A DNA stretch of 60,561 nucleotides, the filler included, from Globobulimina sp. (lineage: Eukaryota), in the NCBI GenBank assembly GCA_003354225.1. It is 9 parts of 9 records of this genome, joined end to end, with 100 filler letters (N's around TTAATTAATTAA, not from the genome) between each part and the next. Parts side by side here need not be neighbours in the genome. Positions count along the whole stretch, not along the records: positions 20,253 to 26,897 come from PIVH01000259.1; positions 26,998 to 33,638 come from PIVH01000260.1; 7 more parts are not named here. One strand, written 5' to 3'. This document shows, in pieces, positions 20,473 through 30,857 of the stretch (positions are counted from its first letter, which is position 1; each line of letters starts with the position of its first letter). Under the pieces are notes generated by a model. That model was given only the letters and a program-made list of their open reading frames with translations, was not told the DNA's origin and did not search any database. Made by a program: the position numbers and the translations under genes.

Positions 20473-21150
20473 TCACATAAACGTAGGGTCAATTTGGTTT
20501 ATAATTTCGCAGAATGTGCCATAATTAGTTTCATTTGGTTTGTTGAAAGATTTCAGTGAGTTTAGAAAATCAAACTCAGTCAAAATCATCAATCCATTGT
20601 TATTGGATAAATTCGTTAACATCAACTTCAAATAATTGTATTCTTTTTCCTCCATCATACACCGAATAGATGCATGTATCATAAATGCTAAAATCTCATA
20701 AAAATCACGACTGTAATCATTAAACTGACCAAATTTTTCCAAATCGAATTGATTTTTGTTTTTAAACAATTTCATTATAAATCTAAATTGCAAATAGTCA
20801 GAGAACTCATCGCATTCATCAATACATGTTATGATTGCACTGTAATCAAAAAGATTATTTGATGTCCAGTTGCTGTTTAAAATATGCTTCCAATGACAAA
20901 GTGTGTTGTTTCTTTCCTCACCAATTACATTTCTTGTTATTATGGCAAACTGTTCCACATTAATCATATCACATAATTTATTAAAACATTGATTGAAATT
21001 CCGATTTATTAATCTTGCATTTTCCATATCATTCACTGGCAAATATCCAAATGATGTCAGTAATACGTTGGGGTCCATTTTTTGAGCAAAATGGCTGGAA
21101 TTAATGGATGATACCAATTGCAATGATAGGTAACAAATTTCTAACAGCAT
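20473..21150 (-). CDS. Hypothetical protein: signal-peptide-like N-terminus followed by an F-box-like motif
   Basis: From ATG 21150: MLLEICYLSLQLVSS, then MDPNVLLTSFGYLPVNDMENARLINRNFNQ. May have a further 3' exon. Confidence 0.5.
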   Translation of the reverse strand: MLLEICYLSLQLVSSINSSHFAQKMDPNVLLTSFGYLPVNDMENARLINRNFNQCFNKLCDMINVEQFAIITRNVIGEERNNTLCHWKHILNSNWTSNNLFDYSAIITCIDECDEFSDYLQFRFIMKLFKNKNQFDLEKFGQFNDYSRDFYEILAFMIHASIRCMMEEKEYNYLKLMLTNLSNNNGLMILTEFDFLNSLKSFNKPNETNYGTFCEIINQIDPTFM

Positions 21151-21266
21151 GGTAAGCAGTGGTGTTTGTTTCGCATGCAACAAAGTTATTTGATCATCAA
21201 CATGTATCAGATTAATTATCTTGTCAGACCCACAAAACACCTCACTCTAAAAATAGCAGATTAATA

Positions 21267-22274
21267 ATGGGCTCGTGTCTTATCACGGCCAAATCAACAA
21301 ATGCTGATTGCAACAATCGCTTAGAATATAAAAATGCCATTAATACACTGACCAAATGGTGGCATGAAAACGTCTCCATACTACCCGATACTGAATATTT
21401 AGAATTAGCAGTGGATCTATACAATAATTTATTTCTTAAAATGCCATCGGTACAAAAAATGTTTATGTCGCGCAACATCGATATGCACAGTCAGGCACTC
21501 AAAATGTTGGGCATGTTCCGATGGATAATATTAAGTTCGACAGATTCAACAATATCTGACAATACTTTAGTTGCATTGCATCAATTAGGCCGTTTACACG
21601 ATGGTCTCGGCATTACATTGGACGATTATTTATTGGCTGGCTCTATTTTTCAAGAAACAATGAGCAAAGCATTCGGCAATACATATAATTTAAGAACAAA
21701 ATGGTGTTTTAATATATTGTATGAAATCATGGTCGGTGTTATGACTGGAAAATCTTTCAACGAATTATGTAACAAACAAAATGATAAATTAATGTCACTC
21801 TGGAAACAATTTGACGATAACAGTATGTCCGTAAAAGATTGCTTGGGAAATGAAGAAATAATGTCATATTTACAGTTATTTATGAAAGAACGATTTTGCA
21901 TTGAATCATTTTTATTTATTGACGATTATAAGAAGTATAAATTGTTATTTTTTAATAATAATAATAATAAGAATGCGTTTGGTGAATATATGAAAGAATT
22001 ATATATCGAAAGTAATTCACAACAACAAATAAATATAAGTGGACCGTGTCGGATTTTATTTTATCAGACGTTGGCCACTCAAAATAATGTGTATACAGAT
22101 AATATTTTTGATGATTGTTATGATCAAGCAATGGAATTGATTCAAAGTTCTGTTTATCCAAAATTTAAACAGGCGATTAAGGAATGTATCAATTCAATAA
22201 ACGTGGAACCATCATCAACAAAAATTGATTTAGGGAAAGCCACGAATAGATCATTAATTGTTAAATTAGTATAA
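21267..22274 (+). CDS. Globin-RGS fusion protein with N-terminal MGSC acylation motif
   Basis: Residues ~20-160 form a 3/3 globin (LYNNLFLKMPSVQKMF, SQALKM, LHQLGRLHDGLGI). Residues ~187-302 form an RGS box (YLQLFMKERFCIESFLFIDDYKKYK, YIESNSQQQINIS, IFDDCYDQAMELIQSSVYPKF). Single uninterrupted ORF. Confidence 0.85.
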   Translation: MGSCLITAKSTNADCNNRLEYKNAINTLTKWWHENVSILPDTEYLELAVDLYNNLFLKMPSVQKMFMSRNIDMHSQALKMLGMFRWIILSSTDSTISDNTLVALHQLGRLHDGLGITLDDYLLAGSIFQETMSKAFGNTYNLRTKWCFNILYEIMVGVMTGKSFNELCNKQNDKLMSLWKQFDDNSMSVKDCLGNEEIMSYLQLFMKERFCIESFLFIDDYKKYKLLFFNNNNNKNAFGEYMKELYIESNSQQQINISGPCRILFYQTLATQNNVYTDNIFDDCYDQAMELIQSSVYPKFKQAIKECINSINVEPSSTKIDLGKATNRSLIVKLV

Positions 22275-22703
22275 TATATAACTAATGTTGTTTTTTGTGG
22301 CATCCCTTTTCTATAATAATTAATAATAAGTTAATATATATAATAAGTTATTTTTTTTTGTCGCGTCTCCTCTTTTTTGTTCTTAATGTTTATGTAATTT
22401 TAATATTTTAAATTTATAATACTTATGTATCACAGTTGTCAGTGAGAAACAAAAGCTTAATTATCTTGGTGTATATTGTAAAATCAACGTATATATATAA
22501 TTTAATACATGGTACATATAACTTAAAACGGATTAGAAATTTTTCAATCAACGCAGTGTGTGCCACAAAAATGTATGACAACATGTTGCGATGTTACCAT
22601 AACTCGTTGTTTGACTGTGCATATTTTTTTATCGCTGCGGAATAATAAGTGTTACTAACATAAACTTTTAAATATACAAACTTGAGAGTTGTTACCACAA
22701 ACA

Positions 22704-23543
22704 ATGGGTTGTTCCTTCTCAGACGACGATACTGATTCTAAATCGTATCAAAAAGTTGACACTCTTAAGAAGAAAACCAAATCCACCGCTAGGAAAATGT
22801 ATAATGGCATGAATGTATTGCAGAACATTCCGGCAGCATGGTATTACACAGCAACATCTGTAGCACCATCAAAATTACCAAGATCAATTCGAGCAAGAAC
22901 TTGTACAGATAGAAATTTGCAGAAATTGGGAGGAACTGCAGCTGACAGAAACAATTTTTACGATTTCATGAATAATAAAAAACATATATGGGGAATGGGA
23001 GGAACGCCTGACTCTAAGGGAATATTAGGAGGATCAAAACAAACTTATTCTTCAGGACACCATAGATTCGTAGCCATTGGAAATTTAGAGTTAGCCATAC
23101 AACAAGCAGCAGATACCTATAATTCATATCCTATACATGAGACTCAAGATAATCCGTTGGTATTTACTTATGCTGGGCACGGCGAAGAATATACCGGGAA
23201 TTGGGCGATAACGAATGGAGATACAGGCAAAGTAGACACAGTTTCATTGGAAGATATTTTAGCTCATTGGGATAGGGAATCGACTTCATATTTATTAATT
23301 ATTTCAGATTCGTGTTATTCAGGATGTTGGGTGAGACGAATGAAGAGTTATCATCGCAAAAGTAAATATTTGAATGTTGATGTGATTGCTTCATGTCAAG
23401 CAGATGAACTTTCCGGAGAGAATAAAAATGGTGGATTTTTTACCTACGCATTTTTACAAGCATTGAGAGATGGTGTTACTACAAAACAAGGTTTCATGGC
23501 AAGATGGAGAAGAACCGATCAAACTCCTTGCTTTTCATTTTAA
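22704..23543 (+). CDS. Caspase-fold (peptidase C14, metacaspase-like) cysteine protease with N-terminal MGC motif
   Basis: Intact His/Cys dyad motifs LVFTYAGHG and LLIISDSCYSG; p10-like VIASCQADELSGE..GGFFTYAF. Confidence 0.8.
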   Translation: MGCSFSDDDTDSKSYQKVDTLKKKTKSTARKMYNGMNVLQNIPAAWYYTATSVAPSKLPRSIRARTCTDRNLQKLGGTAADRNNFYDFMNNKKHIWGMGGTPDSKGILGGSKQTYSSGHHRFVAIGNLELAIQQAADTYNSYPIHETQDNPLVFTYAGHGEEYTGNWAITNGDTGKVDTVSLEDILAHWDRESTSYLLIISDSCYSGCWVRRMKSYHRKSKYLNVDVIASCQADELSGENKNGGFFTYAFLQALRDGVTTKQGFMARWRRTDQTPCFSF

Positions 23544-23778
23544 TTATTGTATACCACGTGCTATATACACCAGTTTTAATTATTATAATACTCATCACTT
23601 TTTCACATAAGTCAGATTGGATGGGTATCAAATCACTGAATTAAGTGTTGTGTGATTTTAAAATCACAGTTCTGAGGTTTACAAAATATTTTGCAGTGAA
23701 TAACTGAAATAAAGCAATGAGCACAAATAGTGGTTCAGCAATCAGCAGTTTCAGCACCAAACAAAAATTAATTCAATA

Positions 23779-25173
23779 TCATCTCGCCACCAATTTTTTA
23801 AACACCTCAACACCAGAAAGCAAGACTTTATTTTTCCAAACGGGATCATTTTGCGGATAAAAGACATTCTTTACATCCAATCCTCGCAAATAAAATTGCT
23901 TGTCATCTTCCACAGATTCACCTTTTGAATAATGATAGGCCATATTTTCCGCTCTCAATGCTTTAAACACTTTGACCGGTGATACAGTACCAAATTCTTG
24001 GACAATTGCAATTGTATCAACACTCTTTTTAAACAATGATAAATATCCATGTTTTGCAGTCACTAAACCAACACTGTCCGAATAAATCTCCTTATAAAAC
24101 CCATTCGATCCAATATCCTGAATTCTATCCCTTTCTGCCGCATATTTTGGTAATAATGTTTTCAATTTATTGCTTCCGTTATCAATCAATAAAGAATCTT
24201 TGCCGGAACTGCCTAATCCTGTATGCACGTCAATAATTGTTAATTTCTGGCCAATTTCACATAAATCTACCTCAAATTTATCATTTTCAATGCTTTGTTC
24301 CGTTAAAAATTGCACCAACATATCATGTTCGGCAGAAATATCCATCCCACCATAAAATAACCCATCTTTCTTAAAATATTGTCCCTCAACAATGCTTTTT
24401 TTAAGTGTTTCCATGCCATAAATTAGAATATTTTTAATTGCCTCCCACCAAAATAAAAAATCATCGCGAAACCATGTTGGTTTACGACACGGATTTAATA
24501 AATTATTCATTTCAACATATCCGGACTTATTCGGATCTCTATTTTTTACCTTAACATATACATCTATTTAAAGAAATTTCTATAATTTAATAAAAATATA
24601 CTAAACTGTGTCCCATAATTCTTTGTTTAACAAACAATTTCTATTCAAATCAATATTTGCTTTGTTCCATCGCCGGTTATGAGCCATTCCAAAAGGATTT
24701 AAAGTGTGGACAAATAGAATATGTGCTTTTGAATTTATGATTTGCTGCATTTCATTTTGTAATAAATATATTTGAATGGCGGAACCTGCATAACCTTCAA
24801 CACCGTGCGTGCCACAAAAATGTAGGACAACATGTTGCGAGGTTTTATCGCCAGGAATGTAGCATAAATCGATGGATAAATCACTTTCTGTATCAATTAT
24901 GATGGAATGTTGTTTGGCTGTCGATATTTTGGATGCGGCATTGCGGAATTTATCCCGTGCGGAATAATAAGTGTTACTAAAATATGCTTCTAATTCCGAG
25001 TTTTGTTTGTTTCGTTTGTTTTGTTTGTATAAACTTATGCAATATGCAATTGTTAACACTGATATTGATCCGATTGCTAAGTATTTTAATCGTTGATGTT
25101 TACTTTCTATATCTGCTGATGAATAAAGGTGGTCTCTTGTTTTGCTCATCCAGGATGATAAAGTGTTGTACAT
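23779..25173 (-). CDS. DUF2817 / M14-like zinc carboxypeptidase with an N-terminal TM anchor, 2 exons
   Basis: GTHGVEGYAGSAIQ, HTLNPFGMAHNRRWN...DLNRN, IDVHTGLG, QEFGTV. In-frame intron 24550-24606. Confidence 0.85.
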
Positions 25174-25301
25174 CTTAATTAATTGTTTTTTGATTATCCA
25201 CTCATAATTCCAGCTACATTTTTTTACTTAATCAGCCTTTACGCATTATCGAAGGTTCAGCGAATTAAAGTGTGCGTGCAACTCAGTAAAAATCAATAAA
25301 C

Positions 25302-26897
25302 ATGAAACTAATTTTATTCATTATTTTTTCATCTTATTGGTTGCAAATTGTATTATCAACATCGATGTTGATACACGAATTAGACACCGCTATTGAGATT
25401 GGTCTACCTTTCAATGCTTACAATACTAGCAATGAAATACAAATATCTGCGTGGAACACAGCAATCAGATCTCATTTATCGCAGATATCTATAAATAATT
25501 CTGACCAGCTCGCTTTACAAAAACAGAATTATTATAAATTGTGGGCCGAAACAATCAAATATAAAATGCCTTTAATGGACTTGGATTTGTATGCTGATTT
25601 AGCACAATTATTAGCTCAAAAATTCAGTGATCTACAGACGTTTTTTTACATTCATTCATGGTTACGACCACAATTCAAATTAGCAACACAATACAGCAAT
25701 GATGATGTTATTATAATGGATACAAAGACCATGCAAACAATCAATCAAATTGTAGAAACAAAACGTTTCCGGGATTTATTACACAGCGAATATAAACACG
25801 AAAACACAAACTGTTTTCCACATTTATTAATTTATTTAAATGGAGCAGTTGCAGATATTGCTCAGGAATATGATAATCAAAGTCAAAGACAATCATTATT
25901 TGCCTCGATTTTTGCTGCATTGTGGAAGTGCATCAAACGTTATGTATCGCCTATCGACACAAACAAAGCATGCCCATCAATCATATTTGCAGTGGCTTAC
26001 AAATTCCGTTGTATTGATATAATGTTAAACATAATGAACCCGCTCAATGTTAAATTAATCAAATATATCAGGCATAATAAGACTAAAGTCACTGAATACA
26101 CATATTTGGATAACGTTGCTGTTAAAGGAATGGTAAACTCATTAGCAAAATATGTAATTAGTGGTGAGTCATCAGAACAAATTGGTGCAATCAGTGCAGT
26201 CATCCAAGATATCAATTACATCAAAGAACAACTTCACGAACAACATATATTATTTGCATCTGGATATCGGCCATTACAATTGATTCAAGATTTAGATTTT
26301 GCCATTGAATCAAATAAATATATGACATTTTACCAATGTGAGTCAAATAAATGTGCTGCTTTTATATGGGAAGAATTAATGCGAAACCAGTTTATGAATA
26401 AATTTTCATTTTTGAAGAAATCTTCATATGGAATGATACAATTGTGAACAACCAATTATTTATGGAGTTGGATATGTATTGCAATTTACTCAACGTATTT
26501 GTGGACAAATTCGATGATTATAAAGTATTCGGTGAAATGTATGGTTGGTTCGTAAAACAATTAAACCGAAAACAATGGGATAAACGTATTTATTTCACAT
26601 TTATTCAATTATCATCAATTACGACACGTGCACTCATTGAGCATAATGCGTTGAAATTAATGTTTCATTTCGATAAAGATTTAGAATCAATTTGGCAAAC
26701 AACATTACATTATCCATTAAATGGAACATTGCCTCCTGCAATTTATGAAACGCGAACACGATTATTAGCCAATATATTAATATTATTCATTGATGCAAAA
26801 AAATGTAACAAATTTCGTCAATTTGTAACATCGGAATATTTTTCCTCTGCGGCTCGAAAAAATATTCATAGTGATATTTTGGAGATAATTTGGAGGA
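25302..26897 (+). CDS. Secreted-type hypothetical helical protein, apparently frameshifted near 26400, 3'-truncated
   Basis: Signal peptide MKLILFIIFSSYWLQIVLS. ORF 25302-26447 overlaps a second frame open from 26402 to the contig end. Confidence 0.5.
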
Positions 26898-26997
26898 NNN
26901 NNNNNNNNNNNNNNNNNNNNNNNNNNNNNNNNNNNNNNNNNTTAATTAATTAANNNNNNNNNNNNNNNNNNNNNNNNNNNNNNNNNNNNNNNNNNNN
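26898..26997. other. Artificial contig linker
   Basis: 44N-TTAATTAATTAA-44N. Confidence 0.99.
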
Positions 26998-27419
26998 AAA
27001 CAAAGCAATTTACCAAAGGCGTTGATATTTGCGACAAAATCAAACATTGTACAGATATCGATATAAAAGTAAAAAATGGATTAATCGAATTTTACGGAGA
27101 GTTTGGTGATATTTCAACTATGAAAGCTGTCTCAAATATGAGAGCTGTCTCAAATATGGGTGACGAGAGAAAGGGAATAATGATTCATTTGAATAATTTA
27201 TAAGAGATTTACTTGTCTAATATGGCAGTTATTACCTCATTGATTAATATGTATGGCTCTTTTATGGATATTGCAAAAGCATTGAACATATTCCATTCTA
27301 TAGATGATAAGAATAAAAATATTGTGATTATAAATTGTATGATGGATATGTATTTGAAAAACAATAAACATGAAGAATGCATGCAATTATTTCGAATATT
27401 TGAACTTTGCACATCTTAA
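26998..27419 (+). pseudogene. Degraded PPR gene fragment (same family as 50545-53781)
   Basis: KNGLIEFYGEFGDIST and ITSLINMYGSFMDIAKALNIFHSI lie in one frame, interrupted by TAA at 27201-27203. An 18-bp-period duplication (agctgtctcaaatatg twice) is present. Confidence 0.7.
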
Positions 27420-27596
27420 ACATGACATAATTTACTGATCATTGATTTATATTTACTGATCTTTGATTTTATCTCCATTTTATTCCATCTGTGTTGATTG
27501 CTGGCTGTTCTGCACAATTCTGAGATTTGCTGAATTGCAATGTAAGGTTACTAAGGGGTTGGGTTATCCAAACAGAGCGAGGTTATCATTTGATTA

Positions 27597-28984
27597 ATGG
27601 CAGCTGCAAAAAAAGTTTTGAAATATCTGTCGAGTTTAAAGCTAATTATATATTATACCAATGTATATACTACATAGAAAAATGCATTGAAACCCGTTTA
27701 TAAATACTATAAATGCAAAAAAAGGAAAAACGTCTTAACAGAGAAGGAATATTATTTCCTAACAGACGACGCTCGATTTCTACAACCATCATTTTTGTTG
27801 CATGATTTGCTATCAATTGCTTTCCCGGATACGGATGTAACGCAAGAGAAAATTCATCAATGGCGAACAAACTTATTGAAAAAATTAAAAAAGAATAATC
27901 AGACTGATTTCAGTCACATGAATGCCAAATGCTATATGCAAGATTGTGATTTTGATGCATGGAATGACAAACGCGACAATAAAACACGTGTCATTTCGAG
28001 TTTAGCGCAACATTATCGCACTTGTCGTAGTGGAAATAATCGATCTGAGGTTATTAATGGTATTTGTATTTTACAATGTAACAGCTGTATTACTATATAC
28101 GCATTTTCTACCGTTATCAACGAGTTGTACCTACTGAATTGTATGATAAATTAGGCTTAGATATTGATAAAAGATATGCATTTACGGGAATATGCAAGGC
28201 TTGTTTATCCCGCACGTATTATATGAGTATAGGGCTTGTAGCAGTGCCGTGTAGTTTTTGTCAATATGGAATGAGTAATCCACACAGGCGAATTGATGGA
28301 GAGGCAGCGTGCAAGAAATGTTTTATGAGATTAATTGGCTTAAAACAAACCCCGTATTTATTGTGGCAAACCAATTTTTTTGAAATACTACAGTTATATT
28401 TGCCTGATATTTTTATTCAAATGGAAACGTTTATTAAATTTAATTTCAAATCTCAAAGTGGCGCAGGTTGCGCTTTTGTGGACTATACATTTCTATCAAA
28501 AAAAGAGTTAAATAATAATGATAATAAAGAGGAAAGCATCGAAGAAACCAAGGAAGATTGCCAAGAGAGTCACATATTACTAATTGGCGAATTCTATGAC
28601 CCGGGAAATCATAACCATTGGGGTAAAAATATGGATGTGGACATTGGTCGCATGGAAGATATTTCGAAAGAAACTGGAAATGCCATTATAAATGTAATAA
28701 TTTACTTGGATGGTGGTCGCGTGCAAAAACAATGGACAGTAGACGGTGGTGATGTTGTTTATGAAAATGCATTTAAATTAATTTGTAAATCACGACATTA
28801 TGATAACGTGGAATTAAAAGGAATACATCAGTTTTTGAATCATATTCACTGCTCTGTTATTGGCGAGTGGTTGAAACGCCATTCTTACACTGCGAAAGGT
28901 GTAAAAGTTTTTTGCAACGAGAAAAATCGAAAATTAATTATTTACACTGGCAATCAAGCAATCAGGCATTACATTACATATTGA
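27597..28984 (+). CDS. Zinc-finger protein with a C-terminal PD-(D/E)xK/Vsr-like endonuclease-type domain, 3 exons
   Basis: In-frame introns 27615-27677 and 28060-28154. CYMQDC...HYRTC finger; CKAC, CSFC, CKKC; then FVDYTF...LLIGEFYDPGNH...DIGRMEDISKETG..IINVIIYLD. Confidence 0.5.
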
Positions 28985-29984
28985 CCTGATAAACCTCGTA
29001 CTCAGTCACTAAGAAATAGAACTCTCCGGTTAAGAAATCGTCTTCGGCGGGAGCCCCAAAACATGCATCATCATTATCTAATTGCGAGGAGGAGTCTTGT
29101 TTCTTATCGCATTCATTGCAAATACGGAGATCATAGCCGTAACCAAACACAGGTCCATAACCATTGTCACAACGTATTGTTTTCTCTTTTTTCTCTGCCA
29201 CAACATTCCATTTTTCAGGCAATACATCTTCTTTTGGCGAGCGTAACAAATAAATAAATGCACTTAAATCCTCTTTCCATTGTCCGGACTTACTGACAGA
29301 CTCATCCTTCCATGAACATTTTGTAAATCCGCCAAAAACATGCGTATGACTGCTCTGTGCCACACACAATGTCGGCCCGCCATTATCACAGCTCTCATGA
29401 AACCGAAACGCGTCAAATTCTTCCTCACTGCCTCGATATAGCATTTTCATGCTCTCTATGTGTTTGCCATCATTCTCAAAAAAGGACATTAATGTTTCAT
29501 ACTCATCATCTTCAATAATTTTCGATGCACCAAACCATGATTTATAATCTTTCATTCTATCCGCCTCTGCCTCTTCTGGTGAATCTTTCTTTTCTTCCTC
29601 CGCTTGTTGGGCGCTTTCAACTGCTGCCGCAGTCTCTGATTGTTGTAATGCGGTGGCTTGTTTTCCAAACATTGGAATGGATAATCCGCCGATTCCACTC
29701 ATAGCCATAGGCATAGCCATAGCAGAGGGTACTATTGCATTGCTATAATTATTATTGTTGTTATTATTATGCAACAGGAGCATCATAGCAGTCTGTTGCA
29801 TTTGCAATAATTGTTGCATTTGTTGTATTTGCATTTGCAAATCTGGTGTTAATTTGGAGACTAATTTTATTAACAATTCTTGCTCTCTTTCTTCCTCTGT
29901 TTGAGTCTCTTCTTCCTCTGCTTCTTCTTCTTTTTCTTTGTCTTCTTCTTTTTCCTTTTCGTCGGCTTGTATTGGTACTAAATC
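28974..29984 (-). CDS. TLDc-domain protein (3' exon)
   Basis: MLYRGSEEEFDAFRFHESCDNGGPTL, HVFGGFT..SW, AFIYLLRS, GPVFGYGYDL, LTGEFYFLVTEYEVY. Frame is open upstream to a CAG acceptor ending at 29985. Confidence 0.9.
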   Translation of the reverse strand, partial: DLVPIQADEKEKEEDKEKEEEAEEEETQTEEEREQELLIKLVSKLTPDLQMQIQQMQQLLQMQQTAMMLLLHNNNNNNNYSNAIVPSAMAMPMAMSGIGGLSIPMFGKQATALQQSETAAAVESAQQAEEEKKDSPEEAEADRMKDYKSWFGASKIIEDDEYETLMSFFENDGKHIESMKMLYRGSEEEFDAFRFHESCDNGGPTLCVAQSSHTHVFGGFTKCSWKDESVSKSGQWKEDLSAFIYLLRSPKEDVLPEKWNVVAEKKEKTIRCDNGYGPVFGYGYDLRICNECDKKQDSSSQLDNDDACFGAPAEDDFLTGEFYFLVTEYEVYQVNM

Positions 29985-30023
29985 CTGTGTTATATTTTAT
30001 TCTCTATAGATAATAGATTGAAA

Positions 30024-30857
30024 CTACTCTATTTTTCTTTCAATTTCGCCAATCAATTCTTTGTATTTCCCATCATATCTCAATTGAGACAGAGACACAG
30101 ATTCATCGCTGTCTTGGTCTTTTTTTTCATCATCACCCACTGCCACTGTTGCATCTCTTTCTTTTTTTTCATCCTCACCGCCATCCTCGGCCTCTGCATC
30201 TGCATCGACATCGTCCTTTTTTTCTCCATCTTCATTTGCTTCATTCTCTTTTTTGTGCTCATCACTTGCTTCTTGGTCTTTTTTTACACTTTCTGTATTT
30301 TCTGTATTTTCTACATTATCGATATCAGTTTTTGCATCTTCATTTTGTGCATTTTCATCAGTCTCTGGTAGTGGTGGCGGTGGTGGTATTTCAAGAGAAA
30401 TTAGCATTGATTTGAAGACATTGACCACATTTCTTGCATCAATAATTTGTTCGACTTTGCTTTTGAGATATTGAAGCTGTTCAAAATCAATACCATCGTC
30501 ATTTTCATTATCAACATCCTGTTCCTGTTCATCTGGTTTAGTATTTGTAGGATCTTGTATATAAATATGGGTTTTGTCGGGTAAATTGGATGATAATATT
30601 ATTGATTCTTCCTTTTTATTTACACATTGAAACCTATATAAATTGGTTAATTCGCGGATATGTTCAAATATTGCTTGTTCTGAAGTGCCACGATAGATAA
30701 TTAATGGAATTTGTTCATCTCCAAAGTGTATAATTAGAGTTAGTTTACGGGATTGAACACGATATTGTGGCTGTTGGGACTGGTACATTGTCAGACTAGC
30801 ACTCTGAAGTTTTGTTTGGCGTTTTCTTAATTTGTCTACAAGTACAACTGAACTCAT
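30024..30857 (-). CDS. Hypothetical protein with an acidic low-complexity tail, probably the 5' exon of the TLDc gene
   Basis: Same strand, 40 bp upstream of the TLDc frame, and the acidic composition continues. I found no clean in-frame GT-AG junction. Confidence 0.5.
   Translation of the reverse strand: MSSVVLVDKLRKRQTKLQSASLTMYQSQQPQYRVQSRKLTLIIHFGDEQIPLIIYRGTSEQAIFEHIRELTNLYRFQCVNKKEESIILSSNLPDKTHIYIQDPTNTKPDEQEQDVDNENDDGIDFEQLQYLKSKVEQIIDARNVVNVFKSMLISLEIPPPPPLPETDENAQNEDAKTDIDNVENTENTESVKKDQEASDEHKKENEANEDGEKKDDVDADAEAEDGGEDEKKERDATVAVGDDEKKDQDSDESVSLSQLRYDGKYKELIGEIERKIE

Noticed and set aside
2784-22274. A G-protein signalling gene cluster (7TM-RGS, 7TM, globin-RGS)
   Set aside because: The three genes lie on different contigs joined artificially.
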